NCBI GenBank assembly: GCA_964016885.1
Contig: OZ024740.1
Location: 411,184,001 to 411,248,000 of the forward strand
Direction of reading: 5' to 3'
DNA: 64,000 bases
DNA from: Eledone cirrhosa
Taxonomy: Eukaryota
Position numbers and translations under genes: made by a program. The notes under the pieces are model-generated. The model was given only the letters and a program-made list of their open reading frames with translations, ran no database searches and was not told where the DNA came from. This document shows positions 14,399 through 28,640 of the stretch, in pieces (the first letter of the stretch is position 1; each line of letters begins with the position of its first letter).

Positions 14399-14437
<39 letters not shown>

Positions 14438-14666
14438 CTTATATATATATACATACATATATATATATATATATACACACACATATATATATATAATTGA
14501 ATAAACAAGAGAGATGAACACTAATATAAATATATATGTGTTCGAATCGTAAGGACCAAGTTTACTAGGGTGAAAAAATACTAACTACAACAATATGGTT
14601 TGTCAGACTTAATTTTAAGTATTAAATTAAGAAAAATAACAGACCTATATTGGGCAATCGCCTGGT

Positions 14667-14749
14667 AACAACTAGACAGTTTTGGAAACTGTTTTCGCAA
14701 CATCTTATTAAGTGAAGCCTACACTTTTCTCTGCTCCTCAGTACTTGTT
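14667..14749 (-). ncRNA. Type I hammerhead motif with full stem III
   Basis: rc: AACAAGTA-CTGAGGA-GCA...TGC-GAAAACAGTTT-CCA-AAACTGTC-TAGTTGTT; GUC site; one extra A in the GAAA box. Confidence 0.6.
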
Positions 14750-15064
14750 GAGACATTAGTAATCCTTCCACTTCTAAAATTATTAGAAGACTGAATTGAG
14801 TGCGATAAGAAATATCGCACGTGTCTTCGGAACCCAGCTTGTCTCGAAACTCCATGCCGCTAAAAATAGCAGCCTGGTTAACAGGACATTAATATTAGCT
14901 CTATATGATAGAGCCGACAACTATATAGTGAGTTAGAAACTCAGAGTAGTCAATACAATAATAGTGGTCTCTTACAATAATCTCTCTTGTTTATTCAATT
15001 ACATTACGGAAAAGGTTTTTTCTTAGAGCTATTTAATTGTAAGAGACTACTCTGAGTTTCTAAC

Positions 15065-15110
<46 letters not shown>

Positions 15111-15256
15111 CACATATATAATTCTCATAGATATATATACTTTTTTTGACAATTGTTTATAATATTTGTATTTTTAGTAAGAATTGAAAGATAATATTGA
15201 ATTAAAATGTTGAAATAATTGCTGACGGCTTGTATACCACGTGGGAGTAAAATAAT

Positions 15257-15436
15257 TGTTTCTACTTTTGTCACAAAACCAGCAATCACCCAGTGCATTA
15301 CTGGTACTTTATTTTATCGACCCCGTATGGATGAAAAGCAAAGTTAACCTCGGCGGGATTTAAACTCAGAATGGCAAGAGCTGTAACTCTATGCATCAAA
15401 GCATGGTGTCCGACCCTCTACCGATACTGCCAGTGA
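15257..15436 (-). mobile_element. Full-length SINE with 12-bp TSD
   Basis: Box A TGGCAGTATCGG, box B-like GAGTTTAAATCCC, core and tail; TSD GAGTAAAATAAT at 15245-15256 and 15437-15448. Confidence 0.9.
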
Positions 15437-15765
15437 GAGTAAAATAATGAAGAATAGCAACGGCTGTATTTTTGGTAGAACTATTTGGGGTTTGTGTGAA
15501 AATGGAAAAGAAATGAAATAAATTCAAAAATAATAGAAATATAATGTAAAGAGATATCCCGAGCAAAACATCTTAAAGACATATTTCAAAAGCTGGAGAG
15601 GGTGAAGTGGATGGTGGATGTATGGGCATTGATGGTATATGTAACAGTATTGACAGTATATGTAACAATTGAACAGAAGGTGGAGTGGTAAGAAGAGGAA
15701 AGTGAGTGGGGAAAGGAAGGATGGGAGATAATTCAATTTATCACAAAAATGAAGGAGGGGGGAGG

Positions 15766-15844
15766 AGAAGAAGAAGAAGAAGAAGAAGAAGAAGAAGAAG
15801 AAGAAGAAGAAGAAGAAGAAGAAGAAGAAGAAGAAGAAGAAGAA
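15766..15844. repeat. (AGA)n microsatellite
   Basis: Directly visible; source of the poly-R ORF. Confidence 0.95.
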
Positions 15845-15922
15845 ATGAAAGAAAAATTCACATTAGATTTCCAAAATTAATTGCAAACTAAATAGTATAC
15901 TGGAAACAAAGACCAAAGTTAT

Positions 15923-15964
<42 letters not shown>

Positions 15965-16036
15965 CTTCATCCCGGGTTCAATCGGGGGTAACCACAGTAA
16001 GTAACGTACTCAATACAAAACAGAGTAGAAATATTT

Positions 16037-16152
16037 AATACAGAAAGGCTTGTACAGGACTAGAAATGTTTCATTCCGGAGAAATCCTCAGGAAGGTCTG
16101 ATGATTTCTCCGGAATGAAACAGTTCTAGTCCTGTAGAAGCCTTTCTATATT
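16037..16152. repeat. 116-bp palindrome with hammerhead-like cores
   Basis: 55-bp arms, 6-nt loop; CTGATGA..GAAAC on +, CTGAGGA..GAAAC on -. Confidence 0.8.
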
Positions 16153-16206
16153 ATATATATATATAGGAAAACGTATGACCCCGATGACAGAGCTCAAGCC
16201 ATTTCG

Positions 16207-16240
<34 letters not shown>

Positions 16241-16734
16241 AGTGTCTGGTTAGTTGAAGCAGAAAAATTGATAGAGAATTAACAGTTATGAGAAAAAGGA
16301 GCATATTTGCTGCAAGGACTCCAAGTTAAATTAGAAATAGCTATTATACTCTAGATCATATTTATTAGAGACGATATATAGTATATAGATGTGTTCAACC
16401 AGTTTTGGGAGGAAATTTTATAAAATATCATAATTCCTGCTTTTATTAACTATAGGTATATTGTTACTATATCTTGCAGAAGAGCAGGTAATTTATAGGC
16501 TATTTCCTTTCAGTGGAAGTGGCGGTGGTTACTGAATATTGACAGTGGTGGGACAAGTAGGTGTTTTACAAGGGTAGTTGCGGAACAAGAATTAGATGAT
16601 GATGAAGTGATTTTTGAGTTAGGGAGGAAGTATAGGATTTATAGGCAAACTAACTTGCCGCCTTTCCACAAATTTCCTCCCATTCACGCTGTTACCCTTT
16701 CTTTTTCTCCAACACCTCCCAATTCTCCCCCTCT

Positions 16735-18200
<1,466 letters not shown>

Positions 18201-18832
18201 TTTATTAGAAATCAGGTGGTCGGTAAATGGCGTATGTGTGATGGGGTTGTTGGTGGCAGGACAGGTATCAGGTATGACGCGCTGTTGCATTTAACCAATC
18301 CAGCCTAAAATTTCGGCTGTGTTTGTGGTAACGGCAATCGTAGCTTCAGTTGCAGTAACAGAAATAACAGATATAGCAGTTGCAGTTGTGGTTGGAGTAA
18401 TGTTTATAGAAGCAATGATAGTCGTGGTCGTAGTAGCAACTTGTAATAGTATACCTAATTGTAATATTATACTTGCCTTTAAATACCAATTCTAAACAAA
18501 TATTCAATGAAATTAACCACACCTTCACCCTCCATCGTATGAGGGGTTCTTTTTGTCTACGTTAGAAATTCTCATTATCGCTACTGTCATTACTCTATTT
18601 TATCTGTGTTCTGATCTTACATAATACATATCGACTTAACCATTCATCTCTGACGTCGGTATTTGAACTCATAATCAAGTACTAGAGTTGATTAAATAGT
18701 CTCTGCCCTGTAACAAATATAGATGTTTGGCCGCGGGGAGGGTTAGCGCGAATACATTCAAATTTCCCGGATCTCTGGAAATGCTGCTAACATCTGTAGA
18801 CTCATAAAGCCTGGAGAGAGAGAGAGAGAGAG

Positions 18833-18867
<35 letters not shown>

Positions 18868-20664
18868 GAGAGTGAGAGAGTGGCAATGAGAGAGGGGGAC
18901 GGAGAGAGAGAGAGAGAGAGTGGGCAAGAGAGAGGGGGCCAGAGAGAGAGAGAGAGTGAGAGCGAGAGAAAGTGAGAGAGTGTGATCTCCACACAATATT
19001 GGGTCCTCAGATGTAAAAGCCACCAGCAGCCTTTTTAAAGGATTCACGAAGAGGTCCCAACCTGAAAAGGAGGTCAAAGCATCCGATTTCTAACAGGAGA
19101 ATAAGTAGCCCCTTTTTCTTTTATCCTCGCCATTTTTAAGAAAAAAGTGTATAAATGTTCATGGCCTGGGTTCGTCCTCATAAAAAGGTCGCTTTTTCAG
19201 ATCACTAGCTCTCGCACTGACAGCCATCAGTGAGACCATGATTTCTGATAAACGCGAACTAGCTTAAATTTCTGATTACCTTTAGGTCTATGTATCACTT
19301 AGCCTGCCTTGAACGGGAGGCAGCATCAGGGTAGTGTTTCGGACCCCGAACAGTATTTTAGTGGTCCTAGATGTGAATATTAGTGAAGGTGCTCATTTTA
19401 TATTAGTCGCCGACATGGGTCAAAACGGCCGAATTTCCTCAGGTGTCTAGAAGCTTTTATTGGAACAGTTCGCTCTTTTCTATTAGCGGGGATTGAAACA
19501 GCATTTCGGATGCACAAAGTAACTGTGAGGGCCTATATGTCAGGATAGTGGGGTCTAAAGCGTCAAACACTTAACCAGTTGGATCCAACAGTCTGACAGG
19601 TAAGGGCTGGTTATCCTAAATGCGCCAGAGTGGACATTGAGCACGACTAGAGGCTCATCCAGATTTATTCAGACTACAATTTTGTGATATGAATGTTTGA
19701 ACACGTGGACAGAGTCCATGTTACTTGAAGCTTAATGCATCGTTCATGGCACGTATAGCATATAGACAGAATGAGTGTTCTTGTTAAGCGACAGGATACT
19801 GGATCTATCATCAATAATAGGTGATGCTGAGCAAAAAAAGGGCGATTAGAGTAGAAACTACAGCTTTTAACACGAAGACTGCATTGTCAGATGTAAGATG
19901 CATGCTCTAAGAACGAACCAACGAAAGCTGTTTAAAAGGCCCACATGGCTGAGGCGCTACATGACAACAACGACCACGTGCAACATGGACAACAACGGCC
20001 ACGTGCTGCGTGATATCGAACGGTTGTGTGCGGTTTTCCTGCTGCAATTTGCACAGTGATTGGGGTAGTAGCGGACAAGAGCTTCAACTCAACGGTTTCC
20101 TATTTCTGTAGGTCGCGGAATAGGAGCACTGATCAATAATGATGCGAAAAAATAGGTAATGATTGAACATGTTTGGCTTATTACTCTGCTCAACAAAGAA
20201 TATATGAATTTGGTTAAGTTAGGAGCAGCGAAGTTAGAGCGTGTTGTCAAATGTCTTGTGTGGGAAACTAAGTCTATACTATAAGTCTATATAAGTCTAT
20301 ACTATATGGCTATATAAGTCTATACTATAAGTCTAAATAAGTCTATACTAGGGCCGGTGGTAGCATTTCTCAATTGGGGAGGGGGGAAAATGTGGTTAAT
20401 CTAGTTGTAGTGATTAGTCTAGCACTTTACACTCTAAAATGGTCAGAAATCTTCGATATGTGATAAACATAAATTGTAGCACATATCGAAATAGATGTGT
20501 GTTTTGTCAGTTTAGGGAGAAAATTATAATTATCAGGGTGTGTGTGTCCAACTAGTTCCACCGCCACTGTATATATGTATATATCATTTTTAGAAATTAG
20601 GCTCTGTACCCGATCCTAAGGGCTTTTGGTAAGAAACTGATATTATATCCAAATTATTCACCTC

Positions 20665-20699
<35 letters not shown>

Positions 20700-20704
<5 letters not shown>

Positions 20705-21455
20705 GAGGTAAATATCTCACTGGGTATTAAGTACACATTGAGATATATAGGGTGTCTATAATATAATTGTTGTTCTATGGTACTAATTAGAGATACCAGA
20801 ACTATAAAAATTGATGAGCAGAACAAACAAACATTAAACAATCCTTTAAATAAAATAAAAAATAATTTAAATATCTACCTGTTCATAATGCTATTACCGG
20901 CGGTTTCCATTCACAAAAGAGTGGACATTTATTTAAAGGATTGTTTAATGTTTGTTCGTTCTGCTCATCAATTTTTATAGTTCTGGTATCTCTAATTAGT
21001 ACCATAGAACAACAATTATATTATAGACACCCTATATATCTCTATGGGTACTTAGTACTCAGTGAGATATTTACTTCATTTTAATATATTCTCCAATCTA
21101 TGTAGAGAAAAAAATTCGTTGTTGCTTACTGCTATTTTTTTAGCAGCCAAGCCATCAACAAGTCTGTAATATTCCCGCTTGCTCTAGTGGCTAGGGCACG
21201 TATGGATCACTTTAACGGCTATAACTCATACGAGCTGGTAGTTAGCCTCATATTTGCGGACCATGGGACGTATGTCCTATAGAAAGTAAATAGCTATCTG
21301 ATGAAATCTACTTTCCGTTGGAAATTCTCTGAATTTCAAATCTTTTGTGTATGGAAACCGCCGGTAATAGCATTATGAACAGGTAGATATTTAAATTATT
21401 TTTAAATTTATTTAAAGGATTGTTTAATGTTTGTTTGTTCTGCTCATCAATTTAT
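20700..21455. repeat. Three-segment foldback structure between (TA)n tracts
   Basis: 20700-20853 is inverted at 20928-21083; 20808-20920 is inverted again at 21341-21453. Confidence 0.85.
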
Positions 21456-21475
21456 ATATATATATATATATATAT

Positions 21476-22503
<1,028 letters not shown>

Positions 22504-22571
22504 ATTAATTTATTATGGCTATTGGTTGATTTGTTACTCTAAAGTTTCACCTGCATCTCACAGGAACATCA

Positions 22572-22624
22572 GTCTTGTCTGATGATCATGTGAGTACTCA
22601 GGTGAGACTCAAGGGTAACAAGGC
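22572..22624 (+). ncRNA. Hammerhead-like motif (GAAAC>GAGAC)
   Basis: Stem I GTCTTGT/ACAAGGC, CTGATGA, stem II TGAG/CTCA, stem III ACTC/GGGT, GUA site. Confidence 0.55.
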
Positions 22625-22799
22625 TCATCACTTAACCATAATAAATGGATGTTTAAACTCTACTTCGGTATTGACTTTTGGGATCCGAGTGAACCATTAA
22701 ACTCTCCTCCTCACTATGTCTATCACAAACAACTGTGTTTAATGCTCCTCTCTGTAACTACTAAAACCAAACTTTCCACCTCACTATATCTACCACGAC

Positions 22800-23295
22800 A
22801 CCGACTCTCTTATCCCCCCCTCCACATCTAATACTAATACACTCATCCTTTTCTACGCTTATTTCTCCCAACACCCCTCTCTATATCAATTACCCCTAAA
22901 ATCCTCCTCTCTATATCAATCACCCCTAACATCCTCCTCTCTATATCGGCACTTTCGCATTATCCCTCTCTATATATTTAAAACCATTAAATTCTCCCCC
23001 TCTCTATATCTATCATACAAAACACTCTCCCAATCTCCCTCTCTATATCAATCATCTCTAAACTCTCCCCCATCACCATCTCTATCAAACTCTGTCGTAA
23101 TTGTTTTCTCTCTATTCATCATACATTATTCCCTGTATATCTTTTACGGCAATGCCTCATCCAGTCCCCATCTATATATTCAGCAATATTTATCTCTCCC
23201 AACCCCCTCATTATATCTACAAGCATTGAAATCTACCCCTCTATATCTATATCTACTACACAACACTCTCTCCCAATCCGCCTCTCTATATCAAC
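22800..23295. repeat. Degenerate C/T-rich minisatellite with CCTCTCTATATC core
   Basis: About ten diverged recurrences at irregular 30-60 bp spacing. Confidence 0.7.
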
Positions 23296-23671
23296 CTTTT
23301 TAAATTTCAGTTGGAAATGAAGGTGACGGTGGAGAGAAGTGCCCCTCCCCCTCCAATACATTTGGTTGAATGTGGCAAGAATGGCCCTTGTGAGTGCGCC
23401 TACACTGATCATGCACCTGTAGGCTGGTGAATTTGAGGAGGAGAGGAGTAATCTTCCCGGGTGCCCGCGAAGCTTTGGGTGCTTCAGGATTGGTGGGGTA
23501 CCTGAATAAATCCTGGTTGGTTATCCCCCCCCCCTATTGGGGAATTTTCATTGTTGTATTTTGCTTGTTTATTGATATTGTTTTCCAATTTTTTCTCGAT
23601 TCTGTGTAAAAATCCCTGTCCCCGTCTATTATATTGTCCCCTATATATCAGCCCTTGTGGCCAAGAAATGC

Positions 23672-23716
<45 letters not shown>
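23292..23716 (+). mobile_element. Tx1-like 3' fragment followed by (AAT)n
   Basis: Homologous to 32010-32415; ends GCCCTTGTGGCCAAGAAATGC(AAT)n. Confidence 0.85.
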
Positions 23717-23775
23717 TGTTACTACTTTTGGCACAAGGGCAGCAAGTATCCCAGCAAGTATCCCAGTACATTACG
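23717..23775 (-). mobile_element. SINE 3' fragment
   Basis: TGTTACTACTTTTGGCACAAGGGCAGCAA..CCCAGTACATTAC. Confidence 0.7.
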
Positions 23776-23781
23776 CAATTG

Positions 23782-24196
23782 TCTCTCTACCCTGATTTTC
23801 CTCTTCAAGGGAAAGTTGCAAAAGTTAATCAGGGATTCGCTGAAGAGGAAAGTGTCCGTCTTCAATGCACCCAGTCGATAACCGGATCCGTCCTACACGT
23901 GACAGCAAATGTTCAACATAGCTCCACAAGTCAGCAATGCTCGGACACTGAACGAGTGCGTGCACAACGGTTTCGTCGCTCTGTGCGCATCTCGGACAGG
24001 TTCGGCTGACGACACTTCCGCGCATGTAGAGCTTATCTCGAACCGGCAACGCTCCCCGGTAGCACTGCCAGGCCAAGGATTTCTGGAAATTGTCCATAGG
24101 CCCCGGGCTGAAAGTTCTCTTGAAGAGAGCTAACAGCTGATCGTCTTCGACGCCCAGGGTCTCCTTGAGAACGTCGTCACTCTTCCCCTCCACTAG
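23782..24196 (-). mobile_element. Tx1-like ORF2 C-terminal fragment with internal deletion
   Basis: FQKSLAWQCYRGALPVRDKL..TCPRCAQSDETVVHALVQC zinc finger. Confidence 0.9.
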
Positions 24197-24441
24197 TCTT
24201 CTGTTATTATTATTATTATTATTATTGGCGACCTACGTAGTAAATCGTATCATCGTGAGCTCCGCAAAGGTTTGTTATTTTCAGTTGTTTAAAATTGCCA
24301 TTTATGGAACATTTTTATTGTTAACTATATATAAGTGCACATACATTGATTTCTGAAAGGGACACTAAAAAATATTGGGGCCTTGAGCCCAAAATTTTAA
24401 CTTTTTATAATTATCAGACAAAAATTTTTCTTTGAAAAATC

Positions 24442-26350
24442 ATGGATGACTCAGAATCACTCCTACCTCACAATCTAACAACTCACACCGACACCACCAT
24501 TATAAATATTGCTACGTTTGCCAACACTGGAAATGTAAGCAGTAGCAATATTTTTAATTTGTCTCAGGCAGACGTTCATTTCCCGCCATTACCAATGACT
24601 GCAGGTGTTAAAGCCGCAGCCACCACCACTACCGTGACAACCGCCACCCCCACCACCACGACAGAGACAACAGAAACAAAAGAAAAAAGTAAATTAACTC
24701 GTGATATCGAAATGAATGCAACCAAAATGAACTCTTCCACACCGAACACCACTGACGTCACCACCACCACAGCTGAAACTAAAATTAACAATAGCAAAAA
24801 TAACGATAACAACAACAGCAACAATGAAATTAAGAAAACTACCCTGAGTTTTGCCAGAGTAGCAAAAACGGGCGAAGCGATCCAGGTAACTCAGGAGGAA
24901 TTAGAAGAAGCCAAAGGAATGGTAAAGAAAGATGGGTACAGGATCAGCCTCACCTCCAACCCACCCCCACCTAATAAAATGGAGCAACGTCGCCTATGCA
25001 CCGTGTCTTATCGGACAATTAACATAAAATCGCGCTGAGTGGAACGAGCATCCGAGTCCCAAATCCAAAAAGCTTTGGGACATGTGTGGGCAAAAAAAAC
25101 CCACATCAGACGTGGGCAGATGTATGGAACCGTGGACGTGTTCTTTGAAACACCACAGGAGGCCAGAGAATACTCCATGGCCCCATTAAGACGTGACGAC
25201 TTCACACTCGTTCCAAGCTATTGTGGCCAGAGACTTGTGCAGATAAGAGTGACCCACGTTCCACCGGCCATCGAAATTCCCTGGCTAATGGCTGCCGTCC
25301 TCGCCAGCATCGAGGCCAACACAAAGATAAATGAAATGGCGAAAGAAAAGGAGGAGAACTGGTCCGGATCTGGAATGGATCTCCTGATCCAAGCGGACCA
25401 TAAAAGCATTGAGGATATCCCAGAGGTAATAGACCTCACTGACGGCAGCCGCCTCACCGTAATCGTCGAGGGCAGAGGACCTAGGTGTGTGGTTTGTGGT
25501 GAAGGAACCCACCTAAGGGCTTTCTGCCCTCGGGCTAAAAGGTTGAGGCCACCTCTCTTACCCACCCCAGTGACTCAACCATCAACACCACCAGCAGGAG
25601 AAATGGCAGCAACAGCTGTAGCAGCCACACAACAGCAGAAGCAACTGTAACAGCAACAACCCCAGCAACAGTAGCAAAACCAACACCACACCACCCAATG
25701 CGCCAGAACTAGCACCAGCGCCTACACCATCCACCACGCCACAAGCAAAATCAACGCCTGGGGAGGATTTTCCACTCCCCGGCTTATCGCAACTGGAGAC
25801 AGGTTGTGACGACGAGGAGTGGGAAACGGTATCAGGAAAAATGAAAAAAAAGAAACCAAAAAAGAAAAAAATCTCTTCCTTCCCCCTCCAAAAACAAAAT
25901 ATACAAAGAAACAAATAAATTATCAAACAAAAAAGTTAGGACAGATATGCCACCATCCACACCAGAATCACCAACAAACACCACAAATGTCACCAAAAAG
26001 CGTAACAGAAACAAACCCACAACAAACGCAAACAAAACAAAACAACCAAAACGATACACACTACACAGCATTAAATTTTAACAACAACCAATTATTACAC
26101 TACATGCAACACAACACCAGCATCACAGAAAAAGACTACACAACAACCCAAAAGTTCACACCACCTCCACACATACAAATCACTCGCATCACACAGAAAC
26201 GTACACGACACTAAAACAAAAATTCACCAAAGACATCGGAGACTTCAGACAAACACTCTCCAGGAGGATTTATAAGTCATCCTTCCGGAGGAGGCCACAA
26301 ACAGTGAAAAGGATGGACAAACCATCCTTCCTCTACGAGATGTAAGGTAA
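24442..26350 (+). pseudogene. Tx1 ORF1 (gag-like, CCHC knuckle), disrupted
   Basis: Thr-rich N-terminus, SFARVAK, CVVCGEGTHLRAFC knuckle, basic KKKKPKK stretch; stop at 25038 and frameshifts. Confidence 0.85.
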
Positions 26351-26384
26351 GTGGTCTTTCCCATCTTTTCCACTCCATTTCAAC

Positions 26385-28640
26385 ATGACCTCACTCAGAA
26401 TAGGCAGCATAAATGCGCGTGTTTTGGGTTCGTCATGGAAGCAAGCCCACCTGCTCAACGACCTCAGGTCACTGAACATAAATGTAGTGGCCATCAGCGA
26501 AACCAGAATCTCCGAAGCACGGGCCTTCGCACCGATCTTCGGCGGCTACGATGTGTACGCATCCGCCAGCCGTCCGGGATCGGGGGGAGGAGTTGCTGAG
26601 CTTTTTCGGAGTGTTTGGTATCTCGCCATACGGGCCATCTTCCTGGACCCAGAAGGTAAGTTGGTGGTGCTAGACGTGACCAGCGGAGACGGGCAAGCTT
26701 TCAGGCTAGTGGCCGTCTATGCCCCGACAGGAGCAGGGCGGCCTGATTTCTTCCGGCGTCTGAAGACCTTTCTTGGAACGTCCCGCTCTTTAGTGTTAGT
26801 GGGCGACTGGAACGAGATCTTAGATGCACGCTGGGACTGTGTGGGATTAGCGGATAGAGGAGCAGGGTGCGAGAGTCTCACCAACCTGCTCAGGCGTTTT
26901 GAACTGTCTGACAGGTACCGATTGGATTTCCCGAATGTGCCAATGTGGGCTTGGACAAATCGCATGGGGTCATCCAGATCATATCTAGATAGAGTATTTT
27001 GTAGAGAAATAGATAGGTCTAGCATAGGCTGTCCACAATTCAAGATAGTCAGCTACACGGACCACAAATTCTTGATCTGTGTGCTTGACTTAGATAGGCT
27101 TCATAGACGAGGACCCGGCTACTGGAAGCTAAACGCGTCCTTACCAGCGCGCAAGATCTACAGAGACCGGATTAGCGAACTAGTTAAGCGGGCATTGACG
27201 GCGGCAATCGTCAACAACAAGTGGTGGTTTGATCTGAAAAGAGCAATTAGAATAGAGTCCATTAGGTTTAGTAAGGCTTTAGTAATAGAGGAAAATAGGG
27301 CAGAGGGAGAATTAGTTAGAAAATTAGACGAGGCGCTTAGCAAAGGCATCGCGACCGACGTACTTGCGGCGAAATTGGCCCTTGACCAATTCTTCAATGC
27401 AAAGCACGAAGGCTGCGTTATCAGAGCTGGGCTGCGTGCTCTCAGACACGAGAGGACGAAAGCAGTTCAATGGGCCCGAGTGGCGGAGGCGCGTGGTGGC
27501 AACAAAGCCACGATCCGGTCTTTGGTGGACCACGACGGGCGCATGCTACCCGATCCCGGGCAAATGTTTGAAGCTTTTCAGCTACACTTCGTACAACTGA
27601 TCGGGGGCAGCGGCGGGCCGGATCGAGGGATGGACTTTAGTGTATACCTCGACGGACTTCCGCGGCTCTCGGCCACTGGGGCGGAGTGTTGCGAAAAGCC
27701 GATAACAGCCGCTGAAGTACGGCAGGAAATGACTGGCTGCACAAGGAGTAAATCGCCTGGTTTGGAAGGTCTGCCCTATGAACTTTACGTACAAATGCCA
27801 GACTTGTTCGGAGGCCTCTTGGTGGACGTCTACTGCAACTGGCAACAGAACGGGAGAATTCCCAGCTCTGTGAGCCGAGGAGATGTTGTGCTGCTGAGAA
27901 AGGATCCGAACAAGGGGGATAACATAGATAATTTTAGGCCCATAACTCTGCTAAACACAGAGTTCAAGATTTTGGCCAAGGTGCTAGCAAAGAGGTTGGC
28001 GCTTGTCGTTGGTGGTCTGGTGGGAGAGGCGCAGACATGCGCCATTCCCGACAGATCCATCCACGACAACCTCCACCTCATGCGATACATAGCAGAGAGG
28101 GTAGCTAGGGAACCTGGTACGGGTGGGTCCTTGATCAATTTAGATCAGTCGAAAGCTTTCGATAGGGTCGACGATCGTTACCTAGCGGCAGTCCTGAGGG
28201 CGGCTGGCTTTGGCCCCATCTTCAGAGGCTGGATCGCTGCCATGCACAGCGACATCTGATCTGTGTTGAGAGTGAACGGTCACCTTTCGGAACCATTCAA
28301 CATCATGACCTCGGTCCGCCAAGGATGTCCCCTCTCGTCCCTCTTGTACGTATTGACTCTCGAGCCATTACTGCACAAACTGGAGACGTCGATGTGGGTC
28401 CCGCGCGAGCTAGGATGCGGAAGATCCGTGTCAGCATATGCGGACGATGTCACCGTAGTGGTGTCGAACGCCAAACACATCGAGACGATCGGCACTACAC
28501 TAAGAGAATACGAAGCGGTGACAGGAGCAATGATGAACCAGGAGAAGTCAGTGGGCCTGCAGCTCGGAACCTGGAGAGGCAGGTCCATGCCGTCCAACAG
28601 CGTCGCCGGGCGCTGGACGGACGGACCGGTTAAATTGCTA
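26385..28640 (+). pseudogene. Tx1 ORF2a (APE endonuclease + RT), stop at 28259, truncated
   Basis: SINARVL, ISETR, VYAP, GDWN, YLDR, TDH; FRPITLLN, LDQSKAFD, VRQGCPLS, AYADD. Confidence 0.92.

Larger units (their letters stand above)
13971..14408. repeat. Near-perfect palindrome (~165-bp arms, 3-nt loop at 14137-14139) with a hammerhead on each strand
   Basis: Arms are reverse complements; right arm interrupted by a SINE fragment. Confidence 0.9.

Noticed and set aside
20349-20569. Possible hAT MITE (TAGGGCCGGTGG ... CCACCGCCACTG)
   Set aside because: Termini imperfect and no 8-bp TSD
21285-21345. CTGATGA...GAAA hammerhead candidate
   Set aside because: No stem I or II; competing hairpins GAAAGTA/TACTTTC and GAAATTC/GAATTTC
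22800-23295. Repeat-spacer pattern reminiscent of a CRISPR array
   Set aside because: Eukaryotic context, degenerate repeats, mutually similar spacers, no cas genes; it is a minisatellite
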